DNA from: an uncultured Candidatus Saccharibacteria bacterium
GTDB lineage: Bacteria > Patescibacteriota > Saccharimonadia > Saccharimonadales > CAYVSP01
Direction: 5' to 3'
DNA: 40,307 bases
Assembly: GCA_964625325.1 (NCBI GenBank)
Contig: CAZVBA010000002.1
Span: 1 to 40,307 of the forward strand
Shown here piece by piece: positions 1-9,780 of the stretch. The notes under the pieces are model-generated. The model was given only the letters and a program-made list of their open reading frames with translations, ran no database searches and was not told where the DNA came from. Made by a program: the position numbers and the translations under genes. How positions within the stretch are numbered: the stretch's first letter is position 1; each line of letters starts with the position of its first letter.

Positions 1-612
1 GTGCAGGGATTCGGAAATGTCGGCTCTTTCTTCGGCATAGTAGCCGAGCAAGACCAGCCCAATTGGCGCCTGGTGGCAGCCACTGATTCCAGCGGTGGTC
101 CGCACAAACCCGGCGGCCTTAACGCCGAGGAAGTCGACAGTTACAAAAAACGCACCGGCCCGCTTAAGGACTACCAGACCAATGGGGCCAAAACCATCAG
201 CAACAATGAACTAATTGGTCTTGATGTCGAAGTGCTGGTGTTGGCGGCGCTGGGCGATGTTGTTACCAAAGACAACATGGACCAGGTCAAAGCCAAGATG
301 GTATTGGAGCTGGCCAACGGTCCGGTCAGCGAAGAAGCTTACCAGGCTTTGACGGCCCGTGGCACGGTGATAATCCCAGATATCTTAGCCAACGCCGGCG
401 GCGTGATAGTCAGCTACCTGGAGTGGCTGCAGAATAAAAGCGGCGAGCATTGGGACGAAGCCAAGGTTAATAAAGAGCTGGAAAAATACCTGGTCAAAGC
501 TACTCGCGACGTCTACGAGTACGCCGAAAAGGAAGAAGTATCACTTAAAGACGCCGCCCTGTCGCTAGCCATGCAGCGTATTCTCAACAATCGCCAAATG
601 CCAGCCGGTTAG
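1..612 (+). CDS. gdhA: Glutamate dehydrogenase, C-terminal fragment (5' end lies outside the window)
   Basis: The ORF is open to the window edge. It carries a GFGNVG dinucleotide-binding motif, ELANGP and PDILANAGGVIVSYLEW, typical of the Glu/Leu/Phe/Val dehydrogenase C-terminal domain. Confidence 0.85.
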   Translation: MQGFGNVGSFFGIVAEQDQPNWRLVAATDSSGGPHKPGGLNAEEVDSYKKRTGPLKDYQTNGAKTISNNELIGLDVEVLVLAALGDVVTKDNMDQVKAKMVLELANGPVSEEAYQALTARGTVIIPDILANAGGVIVSYLEWLQNKSGEHWDEAKVNKELEKYLVKATRDVYEYAEKEEVSLKDAALSLAMQRILNNRQMPAG

Positions 613-653
613 TCGCATGGTACAATTGCAGATATTGTTAAGAGGTATAAACC

Positions 654-1073
654 ATGGCCGATCGGGAACCGACTAAAGCAACCATTCTCAAAAGTGTCGA
701 AATTGCTCGAGATGAGCTCGACAAAATACCCACCGCCAAACTAAAAGGTCCGCTAAGCGGGTTTGTAAACTTTATACGTGAGCAAGGCGTTGTCGGCCTG
801 GCCGTCGGCCTTGTGTTAGGTGTAGCCGCCAAGAGTGTGGTTGATTCACTGGTCGATAACATCTTTAATCCAATTATTGGCGCACTCAGCGGTGGCCCGA
901 ACCTCAGCAGCAAATTCATCTGCCTACGGCACAATGAAGTTGGCACTTGTGCCAGCAAATTAGGTTACGGTAATGTCATTAACTCACTAATGAGCTTCCT
1001 GATTGTGGCCGCCGTGGTCTACTTTGTCGTCAAAAGCCTCAAACTTGATCGTCTGGATAAGAAGAAGGACTAG
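654..1073 (+). CDS. mscL: Large-conductance mechanosensitive channel MscL
   Basis: 139 aa. FIREQGVVGLAVGLVLGVAA (TM1) and NIFNPIIG are followed by a second TM helix and a charged tail. AAGAGG lies 8 nt upstream of the ATG. Confidence 0.85.
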   Translation: MADREPTKATILKSVEIARDELDKIPTAKLKGPLSGFVNFIREQGVVGLAVGLVLGVAAKSVVDSLVDNIFNPIIGALSGGPNLSSKFICLRHNEVGTCASKLGYGNVINSLMSFLIVAAVVYFVVKSLKLDRLDKKKD

Positions 1074-2331
1074 TGTCTACCCGGTCAGCCAGCGTCTGCA
1101 AACGTTTGGTGGCCGCGAACGTAATAATATGACCGGCCGCCCGCAACTGTGGGCTTAAGGTCATCGCCTCACGCCCATATGAAGCGGCTGCCTTTATAAC
1201 GGCTGCCGCACTATCGGCTTTGGCACGAACCTCAAAACCATCTTTCATCAAGATATCTTCGGCCTGACCAAGAATAAAACTGGGCCGACCTTGGACGACC
1301 TGTGTCGGCAACTGCCATGGGAAAAATACTGCCGTACCGCCCGGCTTTATGACACGATTGAGTTCGATAATAAAGTTCATCGGACTGACGCGGGCATCAC
1401 CTGTCGCGTGAAAGACATCATCATAACGTGGCCAATGGTTCACGAGCAGGCATGTGACCGACTTATCAGGTAGCGCACTGAGGTCAAACGGATGAGCCTG
1501 TTGCTGATGGTCTTTAAACTCGGCGGCCCGTTGCACGAGTTGGGTATCAAAAATGTCAGGGTGGTCAAGGGCCAGCTGAGCCGCAGCCCGTAAATCACTT
1601 GGATCGCGCCAGTCCAGGCTTGTTACTTTGAATGGTCGCATATGGGTATGGCTTAAATTAGTCAACTGACCTGCCAGATAGCGGATAAAGCTGCGGGCCC
1701 GCGTCTCGTTCATCATGGCAGCCGTCAATTCGTAGAGCAAAGTCGTTCCAACTGGCTCGGCCTTCAAGGTTTCCCAACGTCCTTCACCCGGTTTGGTTTC
1801 AAGCTCATATTCGCGCACATACTGTTTGTCGGTGTTGACCAGGGCAGTTTCATAACGGGCAATATGCTCATTGGTCGCTTTTGCATCGCCACTTATCTTA
1901 GGCGGTGCATTATACAAAGCGTCAACCAGGGTAGCTCGCACCAAAGGCCGGTTCGAGTGAACCGTTCGACGAGCCGCATCAATCATACCGGTCGAGACCC
2001 AGCTTTCCCCGAGAATGCGTTTCATTTTGCCAATGCTCATGGTGTCTAACGGCGTGTTTAGCGCCCGCTGCACACTGCCGGCGATACTATCACAGCGTTT
2101 GAGCTGTTCCAGTCGCTGCATCTCAGCCTGTAGAGGAAAGCCGGCGCCAACCGTAACAATATCTATTGGCCCGCTGGTGTTGTTAATAGATTCATCTACA
2201 TAACGGTTCGCCAAAAAACGCCAGACCCGTTCAGCACTCAAGCCAAACACGCCTTGGTCTTCAGGATTGAAAGGGACTTCGATGACACCATCATATGGTG
2301 GCGCCGCTGATTCACCTCGTTGATCACTCAT
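1039..2331 (-). CDS. Hypothetical protein with C-terminal class I methyltransferase-like motifs
   Basis: 430-aa ORF. The C-terminal part (LPDKSVTCLLVNHW ... NRVIKPGGTAVFF) resembles SAM-methyltransferase motifs, but no clear SAM-binding GxGxG with an acidic residue is seen. TTGTAA-17-TATAGT lies 10 nt upstream of the ATG. Confidence 0.5.
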   Translation of the reverse strand: MSDQRGESAAPPYDGVIEVPFNPEDQGVFGLSAERVWRFLANRYVDESINNTSGPIDIVTVGAGFPLQAEMQRLEQLKRCDSIAGSVQRALNTPLDTMSIGKMKRILGESWVSTGMIDAARRTVHSNRPLVRATLVDALYNAPPKISGDAKATNEHIARYETALVNTDKQYVREYELETKPGEGRWETLKAEPVGTTLLYELTAAMMNETRARSFIRYLAGQLTNLSHTHMRPFKVTSLDWRDPSDLRAAAQLALDHPDIFDTQLVQRAAEFKDHQQQAHPFDLSALPDKSVTCLLVNHWPRYDDVFHATGDARVSPMNFIIELNRVIKPGGTAVFFPWQLPTQVVQGRPSFILGQAEDILMKDGFEVRAKADSAAAVIKAAASYGREAMTLSPQLRAAGHIITFAATKRLQTLADRVDTSPSSYPDDQV

Positions 2332-2341
2332 GGCGAAACTG

Positions 2342-2370
2342 ACTATAAAACTAAACTAAGACTTTTACAA
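2342..2370 (-). promoter_or_regulatory. Sigma-70-type promoter for ORF 1039..2331
   Basis: On the minus strand: TTGTAA (2370-2365), 17-nt spacer, TATAGT (2347-2342). The ATG lies 10 nt downstream. Confidence 0.5.
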
Positions 2371-2393
2371 ACTTAAGCAGCGTAGCAAAACTA

Positions 2394-2423
2394 TTGTTGC
2401 ATATGTATCAGTAAGCATATAAT
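2394..2423 (+). promoter_or_regulatory. Sigma-70-type promoter for the small membrane protein / msrB unit
   Basis: TTGTTG (2394-2399), 18-nt spacer, TATAAT (2418-2423). The downstream leader carries AGGAGA before ATG 2454. Confidence 0.5.
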
Positions 2424-2453
2424 TAAGGGTAGTAATAATAGGAGAAACCTAAA

Positions 2454-2735
2454 ATGTACGTTGTAAAAGTATTAAAGCGCAAAGACGCGTCCTCTTTAAT
2501 AGTGGGCGTGGTCGTTGCCATGCTCGTTGGCCAATTTCTATCATTTAGTCTGCAAGATTTAGCCAGCAAAATTGCTCTCTGGAAGTGGAGCGGCAGCGTC
2601 GGCGGTTACGGCGGACCGGGCAACGGTTTTCAGGTTATGTACATTCAGCCGTTTGTCGGCATGATACTAGGCCTGATTGGTCTGGAAATTTTAGTACGGC
2701 TTTACGTCTATCTGCACGGCATGGTTAGCAAATAG
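2454..2735 (+). CDS. Small membrane protein (two predicted TM helices)
   Basis: 93 aa with two hydrophobic stretches (LIVGVVVAMLVGQFLSF and FVGMILGLIGLEILV). A strong AGGAGA lies 8 nt upstream. Confidence 0.55.
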   Translation: MYVVKVLKRKDASSLIVGVVVAMLVGQFLSFSLQDLASKIALWKWSGSVGGYGGPGNGFQVMYIQPFVGMILGLIGLEILVRLYVYLHGMVSK

Positions 2736-2750
2736 AGTAGGAGGTAAGCA

Positions 2751-3155
2751 ATGGCGGTCGTGCCAAAACCCAATCCTAAACTGAGCGACGCCCAAAAGGA
2801 TGTCTTGTTCAACAAGGCGACCGAGGCGCCGTTCACCGGCAAGTTCCTGCACAATAAAGACAGTGGCATGTACACTTGCGCCAACTGCGGCGCAGAACTG
2901 TTCGACAGTAAAGATAAATTTGACTCAAAAGCGCCGGGATTGCAAGGCTGGCCAAGTTTTGCTGATGTGGCTGACAAGGGCTCAGTCAAGCTTGTCGAGG
3001 ACAAATCATTTGGCATGCACCGTGTCGAAGTAACTTGCGCCAACTGTGGTGTTCACCTGGGTCATGTGTTCAATGAGGCAGGTGATTCGCCAAATGGAAC
3101 GCACTTTTGTGTGAACTCGTGCGCCCTCGACTTCAAACCAAAAACTAAAAAGTAG
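2751..3155 (+). CDS. msrB: Peptide-methionine (R)-S-oxide reductase MsrB
   Basis: 134 aa with two CxxC pairs (CANCGAELF, CANCGVHLGHVF), GWPSF, and the catalytic-region FCVNSCAL. Confidence 0.9.
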   Translation: MAVVPKPNPKLSDAQKDVLFNKATEAPFTGKFLHNKDSGMYTCANCGAELFDSKDKFDSKAPGLQGWPSFADVADKGSVKLVEDKSFGMHRVEVTCANCGVHLGHVFNEAGDSPNGTHFCVNSCALDFKPKTKK

Positions 3156-3156
3156 C

Positions 3157-3570
3157 TTATTCTTGAGGAGTGTTTTTTTCGGCCTTGAGACGTTTGTATT
3201 CTTTGTTTGTTTGCTCGTAAAAACGTTTCATAAGAAAACTCGGCAAAGGTTCACCGGTGTTTGGATCCAGAACGGCCGGTCGCTTAACTACTAACACCTG
3301 ATGATCTTTTTCAGTCTCGAAAGTATGAATGGCTTCACCTTCGGGCACTTCCTTTAGATTAACACCAATCAGTGTGCCACGATCTCTGGCATTACCGGTC
3401 CGGACACCAGCGCCTATTTCTGAAGTGTCGATGGTAACTAAATCGCCGGCTATAGCCACTGGCTCAATTGTTACGGCCGGCATTCTCGAAGCAACATTAA
3501 CATATGCCCGTAACCTTAGGTCATTAACGACTTCGGTGGTTGCTAAAAGTAGGGGATTGCCGTCTGGCAT
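3157..3570 (-). CDS. Hypothetical protein
   Basis: 137-aa ORF in an AT-richer segment. It converges on msrB with only 1 nt between the stop codons. No family recognised. Confidence 0.45.
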   Translation of the reverse strand: MPDGNPLLLATTEVVNDLRLRAYVNVASRMPAVTIEPVAIAGDLVTIDTSEIGAGVRTGNARDRGTLIGVNLKEVPEGEAIHTFETEKDHQVLVVKRPAVLDPNTGEPLPSFLMKRFYEQTNKEYKRLKAEKNTPQE

Positions 3571-3776
3571 GGTCCTTGAGTTACTCTTTCATCTAATAAA
3601 TAACACCTGATTTAGAGAGTATATTAACATAAATACACCAAAAAGTCCAATCTATTCTATGGTTGGCTTTGGGTTACTGTTTTTTTGCTGAGCAGTGTTT
3701 TGTAGGGCCTGACGTATGGACGCGACGGCACGGTCGACTTCAAGCCGAAAAGTAGAAAGTCAGATATAATCAAGCT

Positions 3777-4283
3777 ATGGTTAAAAGTCATGTACACATC
3801 ATAAAGATGGGCGGCACTATTGAATTTATTGACCCAGCCTATGATGCAATGAACAAGAAACTCATGCATCTTGATACCACTATCGAAAGCTATCTTCAGA
3901 ATCTTATCCAGCCCCACTTCAACTTTAGTGTTGAAACAGTCATAACGAAGGATAGTCGTGATATCGACGAGAGTGACCGCAACAAACTAGCTGAAGCTAT
4001 ACAGAGCACACCGCATACCAATATCATAGTCACACACGGAACCTTTACAATGAAACAGACGACCGAATTCTTAGAAAAACAGGGGCTAACTGACAAGAAA
4101 GTAATTTTGACCGGTTCAATGATTCCTATAACGGGCTTTACCGCGTCAGACGCAGGCTTCAATTTAGGTTTTGCGATCGCCTCATTTGCGAGTATTGACC
4201 CAGGTGTTTACCTATCAATGAATGGCGGCATATTTACTGCCGCAGATGTTGATAAAAACGAGGAACTCCTAAGGTTTGAGTAG
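3777..4283 (+). CDS. Asparaginase/glutaminase N-terminal-domain-like protein (short form)
   Basis: 168 aa. KMGGTIEF (GGT motif), VTHGTFTM (canonical HGTDTM) and LTGSMIP (canonical LTGAMRP). TATAAT 3765-3770 lies 6 nt upstream of the ATG. Confidence 0.6.
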   Translation: MVKSHVHIIKMGGTIEFIDPAYDAMNKKLMHLDTTIESYLQNLIQPHFNFSVETVITKDSRDIDESDRNKLAEAIQSTPHTNIIVTHGTFTMKQTTEFLEKQGLTDKKVILTGSMIPITGFTASDAGFNLGFAIASFASIDPGVYLSMNGGIFTAADVDKNEELLRFE

Positions 4284-4313
4284 TACTCTTTTGATACTGC
4301 TACAATAGAGCGA

Positions 4314-4877
4314 ATGAAGAATAAGGATGTAATCCCGACCAAGTTGCTGTGGGTGGACTTGGAAATGACCGGCTTGGACCCGCGCGAGGACGTTATTTTA
4401 GAGGTAGCGGCCGAAATTACCGACTTTGATTTGAAAACGCTGGAAAGCTACGAGTCAACAGTCAAACACAAGCGTGATGTAGTGACCGAGCGCATGCAAA
4501 AAAACACCTTCTGGCAGGATTTTCCGGGCAACCGCGAAGACTTCCTGAAAAACCTGGAAAACGGCAAGCCGTTGGCCCAAGTTGAGGCCGAACTGGTGGC
4601 GCTGGTGGACAAACACTTTGGCACCGAGCCGGCTGTGCTGGCAGGGAATACCATTTACAGTGACAAAAGCTTCATCAAGCAGTGGATGCCGCTGCTGGAT
4701 CTCAAGCTGCACTACCGCTTGCTCGATGTCAGCGCCTGGAAGATACTAATGCAGGGCAAATACGGCGTGGTTTATGAAAAAACCAACAGCCACCGCGCCT
4801 TTGATGACATCCAGGCTTCAATCGCTGAGCTTCAGTACTATCTTGATTGGTTCAAACAAAACACAAGCGGCTCTTGA
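4314..4877 (+). CDS. orn: Oligoribonuclease
   Basis: 187 aa with the DEDDh signature: WVDLEMTGLD, ...NTIYSDKSFI..., HRAFDDIQASIAELQYY. TACAAT 4301-4306 lies 7 nt upstream of the ATG. Confidence 0.9.
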   Translation: MKNKDVIPTKLLWVDLEMTGLDPREDVILEVAAEITDFDLKTLESYESTVKHKRDVVTERMQKNTFWQDFPGNREDFLKNLENGKPLAQVEAELVALVDKHFGTEPAVLAGNTIYSDKSFIKQWMPLLDLKLHYRLLDVSAWKILMQGKYGVVYEKTNSHRAFDDIQASIAELQYYLDWFKQNTSGS

Positions 4878-4946
4878 CAAACGGTTCAAACAGGATAAAT
4901 ATACTTACCAGACAATATTTAACGGTTCGATAAAAGGAAAAACAAC

Positions 4947-5198
4947 ATGGGATTATACGGAATCGAACACTGCGGTAATGATGGATTGAGCCGGGCGCAC
5001 ATAGCACCTGAATTGGATCTAAGGGAAGTTTGTTTTGTATCTTCAGATAGGGGTCATTTTAAAGTAGTGGACGGTAAGCCACTACTCCCTTTGCCAGTAC
5101 AACTTGAGCGAGTACCGGTGGAAGCGCCGTTGGAACCAACTGCAGAAGAAATGGTAAAACCAACGCTGACTTATCATCTAGGTGCCCTCTACCTATAG
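4947..5198 (+). CDS. Hypothetical small protein (uncertain)
   Basis: 83-aa ORF with AAGGAAA 6 nt upstream. No family recognised, and it fills the orn-yjbR gap. Confidence 0.3.
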   Translation: MGLYGIEHCGNDGLSRAHIAPELDLREVCFVSSDRGHFKVVDGKPLLPLPVQLERVPVEAPLEPTAEEMVKPTLTYHLGALYL

Positions 5199-5205
5199 AC
5201 CTGCT

Positions 5206-5562
5206 ATGCTGGTCCGTATGGACCACAAAACCGTTGAAGATTACATTTTAAGTATGACCAATGCCAAGCTGGACTATCCGTTTGGCGAGGATGTGGCGGT
5301 ATACAAGGTAAAAGATAAAATGTTTGCCTTAATCCAGGAAAAGAAGACGCCGGTGCGCCTTAGTTTGAAATGCGACCCGCAGCTGGCCGTCCTACTGCGT
5401 GAAAAATACGAAACCGTCATGGCCGGCTACCATCTGAATAAGAAACATTGGAATACCATTGTGCTGACCGGACAGTTGCCCTGGGAAGAAATCCAGGCCT
5501 TTATCCGCCACAGTTATGACTTGGTCGCCAAAAACGATTCCGAGATACCGACTTTTAAGTAG
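5206..5562 (+). CDS. MmcQ/YjbR family DNA-binding protein
   Basis: YPFGEDVAVYKVKDKMFALI ... LKCDP ... GYHLNKKHWNTIVL matches the YjbR-family pattern. The start was chosen at the first ATG after the upstream ORF; 5218 is also possible. Confidence 0.7.
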   Translation: MLVRMDHKTVEDYILSMTNAKLDYPFGEDVAVYKVKDKMFALIQEKKTPVRLSLKCDPQLAVLLREKYETVMAGYHLNKKHWNTIVLTGQLPWEEIQAFIRHSYDLVAKNDSEIPTFK

Positions 5563-6166
5563 ACTTGGTTGAGGCCAATAGAACGGTGGCTTGGTTGAAC
5601 TCGTTATTCAAAATTTGCTGCAAGACCCGGCTGCTAGTGGTATCGTAAGTCGCTTTGAGTAATTTTTGATAATCCACCAGTTGTTTTTGCATGACCTGGA
5701 TAAAGGCCTCATCATAGCGATTATTTAGTGCGGCCTCTGTAAGGGCGGCATCGGTCTGACTATTCTGCTTAAGTGCCAGTACTTTTGTATTAACCTTTTG
5801 ACCGCTTTTTTTCAGTTGGGCGAGAACATCCTTTTGATTGGTCATGACGGTGAGTTCGGTATTAACGGCCAGTTGGCTGGCAGCTGACGTTTGGGCCTTT
5901 TGAGCGCCGATAGTGCTGACACGGATGAGTTCTTGCTGGGTTTGGGCGATACCGACCAATGATTCATTCTTAGAACCGCCAAACAGCAGGGAAGACAACA
6001 GCACAATAATGATCAGTAAGACGGCGCCAGCCAGGCCGATTTTGATATAGCGCTGCCTACCGCTACCGCCAAAGCCGGGCAGTAATGAGCGTTTAGGGGC
6101 GTTGGCGCCATGATTGAGGATAAAATCGTAATCAGCTGGAGTAGGCGCCGGTGTATTCGGTTGCAT
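5555..6166 (-). CDS. Membrane-anchored hypothetical protein
   Basis: 203 aa. A Pro-rich N-terminus is followed by a single TM helix (IGLAGAVLLIIIVLLSSLLF) and a helical Q/T-rich ectodomain. Confidence 0.5.
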   Translation of the reverse strand: MQPNTPAPTPADYDFILNHGANAPKRSLLPGFGGSGRQRYIKIGLAGAVLLIIIVLLSSLLFGGSKNESLVGIAQTQQELIRVSTIGAQKAQTSAASQLAVNTELTVMTNQKDVLAQLKKSGQKVNTKVLALKQNSQTDAALTEAALNNRYDEAFIQVMQKQLVDYQKLLKATYDTTSSRVLQQILNNEFNQATVLLASTKST

Positions 6167-6219
6167 TCCTCTAGGATACAGAAACTTGAAACCTTAAACT
6201 AGAAGCATAAGCCACATCT

Positions 6220-6248
6220 TTGACAAATGAGCATAAGTATGATACACT
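6220..6248 (+). promoter_or_regulatory. Sigma-70-type promoter for ORF 6288
   Basis: TTGACA (6220-6225), 17-nt spacer, TACACT (6243-6248). Confidence 0.6.
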
Positions 6249-6287
6249 GACTCTAACGTAAATAACAAATACGAAGAAAGCAAAAAA

Positions 6288-6752
6288 ATGCCAGAAGTAC
6301 CCAGCCACAATCCAGAAGCGCAAGAAGCACAACTCGATAATAAAGGGTTTGCTAAAGAAGTTGAAAAACTACTTGCTGGTGAGATTGACCCCGCAACGGG
6401 TTGGTTTCGTTTTGGGACAGATGCTGTACGTCGTGTTCTAGATCAAAAATCTGGTAATCGAGCCATTGAAACGCTTAGCTTAGCCACCACTGATATCAAA
6501 ACAGGCGAAAAAGGTGTGGTATATAAGGCAGAGGGCGAAGTACAAGCTGGAGAGGGTCAATATAAAACTGATGTATATCGCAGAACTGAATTTAATCCTG
6601 ACGGTAAAATTATAGAAGTTGACTATGACGTGACGCCAAACGGTAGTATCGGTGCTATTGAAGCCTCACGAGTTGTAGAAGGCCAGGCTCAGATGGATGC
6701 TATGCGTGAAAGGCTCCACCAAAGCATACAATCTCCAAACAAAGCCGCTTAA
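6288..6752 (+). CDS. Hypothetical protein
   Basis: 154-aa ORF, AT-richer than its neighbours. It has its own promoter and is followed by a clean intrinsic terminator. Confidence 0.5.
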   Translation: MPEVPSHNPEAQEAQLDNKGFAKEVEKLLAGEIDPATGWFRFGTDAVRRVLDQKSGNRAIETLSLATTDIKTGEKGVVYKAEGEVQAGEGQYKTDVYRRTEFNPDGKIIEVDYDVTPNGSIGAIEASRVVEGQAQMDAMRERLHQSIQSPNKAA

Positions 6753-6773
6753 GCAAAGTATAAGTTCGAATAA

Positions 6774-6800
6774 GAGCCGGAGCAATCCGGCTCTTTTCTT
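6774..6800 (+). terminator. Rho-independent terminator
   Basis: GAGCCGG (6774-6780), loop AGCAAT, CCGGCTC (6787-6793), then TTTTCTT. Confidence 0.8.
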
Positions 6801-6804
6801 ATGC

Positions 6805-6833
6805 TTGCCACTTTACCCCTGATACTTGATACT
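6805..6833 (+). promoter_or_regulatory. Candidate promoter of the dnaG-rpoD operon
   Basis: TTGCCA (6805-6810), 17-nt spacer, GATACT (6828-6833), 8 nt before ATG 6842. It overlaps the tandem repeat GATACTT GATACTT GATA. Confidence 0.45.
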
Positions 6834-6841
6834 TGATAGAT

Positions 6842-8632
6842 ATGGATGCCGTCGAGGATGTTAAAAGTCGTCTAGCTATTGAGGATGTGGTTGCTGAGTA
6901 CGTCGAGCTTAAGCGTTCAGGCCGCAACTTCAAAGGCCTAAGCCCGTTTACCTCTGAAAAAACGCCCAGTTTTATAGTTAGCCCGGAGAAGCAAATCTGG
7001 CACGACTTTTCTAGTGGCAAGGGCGGCGACAGCTTTACGTTTGTAATGGAAATGGAGGGGCTGGACTTCAAGGGGGCTCTGGAATTGCTGGCCCGCAAGG
7101 CTGGCGTGGACCTCAGCCAGTACCAGCAGGGTGACGGGCAGCGCGGCAGGCAAAAAGAACGGTTATACGAAGCGCTGGAGCTAGCCACCAAGTTTTACCA
7201 GGTGCACTTTAGCAAGAGCCAATCTACATTGGAATACGTCTTTAAGCAGCGCGGTTATACCAAAGATACCGCCCTAAAGTTCCGGCTGGGTTATTCGCCG
7301 AACACCGGCAGCGCGCTGGTAACTTTTATGAAACAGAAAGGCTTTACTGCTACCGAAATCAAGCAGGCCGGGCTGAGCAACCAGCGCGGTAGCGACATGT
7401 TCCGCGCCCGCCTGATGGTGCCGCTGATGGACGCTACCGGCCGGGTCATCGGCTTCACAGCCCGGTTACTGGACGACGACCCCGATGCGCCGAAGTACAT
7501 AAACACGCCGCAAACCATTGTGTATGACAAGAGCCGCCACATTTTTGGCCTGAACCTGGCCAAAGAGGGCATTCGCAAAAGTAACTATGTGGTACTGACC
7601 GAAGGCAATCTGGACGTTATCGCCAGCCACCAGGCCGGCGTTACCCAAACCGTGGCCACCGCCGGCACGGCCCTGACTGAGTCGCAGCTCAAGGGGCTGC
7701 GCCGGTTCACAGACGATGTCCGGCTCTGCTTTGACGAAGACAAAGCCGGTGTGGCCGCGACTGAGCGAGCCATTCCGATTGCCGCCAAAGTCGGCGTCAA
7801 CCTCAGCATTATCACCTTGCCAAGCGGCAAAGACCCCGACGAACTTATTAAACAAGACCCCAAGAAGTGGGAAGCGGTCATCACCAAGCCGATTTACGTG
7901 CTGGACTGGCTGATTGACGAGTACAAAAAGCGCCTCGACCTAACCAGCGCCGTCGGTAAGCGGCAGTTCAGCGACGTGTTGCTGAAAACTATCCGCGAAC
8001 TGCCGGACAGCGTCGAACAGGACCATTACCTGACTAAAATTGCTGAGATTATCGACGTTAGCAAGAGCGCGCTGGAGACCAAACTGACGCGCGGTGGCCA
8101 GGCGGCTACTAGCCGGCCGCGCAAACACACCGCGCCGCCGCAAACCACCAGGCAAGAAGCCGACCAGATAAAGACTCAGAACCATCTGCTGGCCATCACG
8201 CTGTTGCGGCCTGATTTGCGGGAGTTTTTAGGTTCAATTGAAGCCGATATGTTAAGCGGCGATCAGGCCCAGGAAATGTCGGCCTATCTTAAAAAACACC
8301 CTGAAAGCACTGCTGAACAAATAAGTAGTCACTTTTCCCGCACCGCCGCCAAAGAAGTGCCTGCCACGTTGCAGAAGCTTAGCGATTATGTTAAAATGTT
8401 AGCATTACTGTTTGAGGAACTTTACCAGGACCTCGAGACTTTAGAGCTTCGTTACGAAGCCGCTCGACTGAAGGCCCGGTTAATAACACAATACGTCCAT
8501 CAGCAAAAACAACGTCTGGCTACAGCAATGCGTGAAGCCCACCGTGGCGGCAACGCCTCATTGCTAGCTGAAGCCAAGGCGCTCGATACACTACTTAATG
8601 ATGCTACCAAGGAGATAACGCATGGCGACTGA
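6842..8632 (+). CDS. dnaG: DNA primase
   Basis: The N-terminal zinc-binding-domain region is recognisable ([42 protein letters not shown]). The TOPRIM motifs are present ([18 protein letters not shown]). The ATG at 6842 is preferred over the TTG at 6833. Confidence 0.92.
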   Translation: MDAVEDVKSRLAIEDVVAEYVELKRSGRNFKGLSPFTSEKTPSFIVSPEKQIWHDFSSGKGGDSFTFVMEMEGLDFKGALELLARKAGVDLSQYQQGDGQRGRQKERLYEALELATKFYQVHFSKSQSTLEYVFKQRGYTKDTALKFRLGYSPNTGSALVTFMKQKGFTATEIKQAGLSNQRGSDMFRARLMVPLMDATGRVIGFTARLLDDDPDAPKYINTPQTIVYDKSRHIFGLNLAKEGIRKSNYVVLTEGNLDVIASHQAGVTQTVATAGTALTESQLKGLRRFTDDVRLCFDEDKAGVAATERAIPIAAKVGVNLSIITLPSGKDPDELIKQDPKKWEAVITKPIYVLDWLIDEYKKRLDLTSAVGKRQFSDVLLKTIRELPDSVEQDHYLTKIAEIIDVSKSALETKLTRGGQAATSRPRKHTAPPQTTRQEADQIKTQNHLLAITLLRPDLREFLGSIEADMLSGDQAQEMSAYLKKHPESTAEQISSHFSRTAAKEVPATLQKLSDYVKMLALLFEELYQDLETLELRYEAARLKARLITQYVHQQKQRLATAMREAHRGGNASLLAEAKALDTLLNDATKEITHGD

Positions 8633-9746
8633 CAAAGCCAAACCAGCCGATGATAAAACTACCGATGATGCTCCCGACGCCCACGCCCTGGACGCGGTCA
8701 AGCAGGAGCTGTTCGACAAGGCCAAAAAAGACGGCAAGATTGACCAGCGCGATATCTTTGCCAAAATTCCCGACACACCAGAGAATGTCGACGTGTTGGA
8801 TTCGCTGTATACCGAACTGGCCGACGCTGGCTTGCAAATTGTCGGTGCCAATGACGAGTGGACAAGCGACGACACCGAAGAAATCGTCCTGGAAGAACAA
8901 GTTTATCTAGATGACATTGCCGACGACTCGGTGCGTCTATACTTGCGTGAAATCGGCAAGATTCCGCTACTCAGCGCCGAAGAAGAATTAGCCTTGGCCC
9001 AAAAAGTCGTCTCTGGCGATAAACGCTCCAAAGACAAGATGGCTGAAGCCAACATGCGCCTGGTTGTTTCGATTGCCAAGCGATACGTTGGGCGCGGCCT
9101 GGATCTGCTGGACCTAATTCAAGAGGGCAATACCGGATTGCTGCGCGCCGTCGAGAAGTTTGACCCGGACAAGGGCTTTAAATTTTCGACCTACGCCACC
9201 TGGTGGATTCGCCAGGCCATTACCCGCGCTATCGCCGACCAAGCCCGCACCATCCGTATCCCGGTGCACATGGTTGAGACCATCAACAAACTGCTGCGCA
9301 CCCAGCGTCGTCTGACCCAGGAGCTCAACCGCGAACCGACCAATGAAGAAATCGCCCAAGCCATGGAAATCGACGTCGACAAGGTTGAGCACATCATGAA
9401 GATCAAGCAGGACATTTCCTCGCTCGACGCCAGCGTGCGTGATGACGAGGAAGATTCTGTGCTGGGTGACTTCATCGTTGATGAAGACACCGTCAGCCCA
9501 GAAGAATCAGCTACTGGACAACTGCTCAAAGAACATGTCAAAGACATGCTAGGAAGCCTCACCGAACGAGAACAAAAAATACTGAAGCTACGCTTTGGCC
9601 TGGAAGACGGCAAAAGTCACACGCTTGAGGAAGTAGGGCAGGAGTTTTCGGTCACCCGCGAGCGCATCCGCCAGATTGAAGCCAAAGCTTTAGCCAAACT
9701 CAGGAAACATAAGGATGCAAAGAAATTACACGATTATATTAAGTAA
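8622..9746 (+). CDS. rpoD: RNA polymerase primary sigma factor (sigma-70 family)
   Basis: [40 protein letters not shown], and region 4 [20 protein letters not shown]. It overlaps the dnaG stop by 11 nt. Confidence 0.95.
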   Translation: MATDKAKPADDKTTDDAPDAHALDAVKQELFDKAKKDGKIDQRDIFAKIPDTPENVDVLDSLYTELADAGLQIVGANDEWTSDDTEEIVLEEQVYLDDIADDSVRLYLREIGKIPLLSAEEELALAQKVVSGDKRSKDKMAEANMRLVVSIAKRYVGRGLDLLDLIQEGNTGLLRAVEKFDPDKGFKFSTYATWWIRQAITRAIADQARTIRIPVHMVETINKLLRTQRRLTQELNREPTNEEIAQAMEIDVDKVEHIMKIKQDISSLDASVRDDEEDSVLGDFIVDEDTVSPEESATGQLLKEHVKDMLGSLTEREQKILKLRFGLEDGKSHTLEEVGQEFSVTRERIRQIEAKALAKLRKHKDAKKLHDYIK

Positions 9747-9780
9747 GAACTACTCCTAGAAGCGAAAAGGTGAAATTTCA

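Noticed and set aside
9747-9780. The short palindrome GTGAAATTTCAC, flanked by CCTAG/CTAGG, between rpoD and the convergent ORF, as a bidirectional terminator.
   Set aside because: The stems are only 4-5 bp and AT-rich, with no flanking T-tracts. It is too weak to call.
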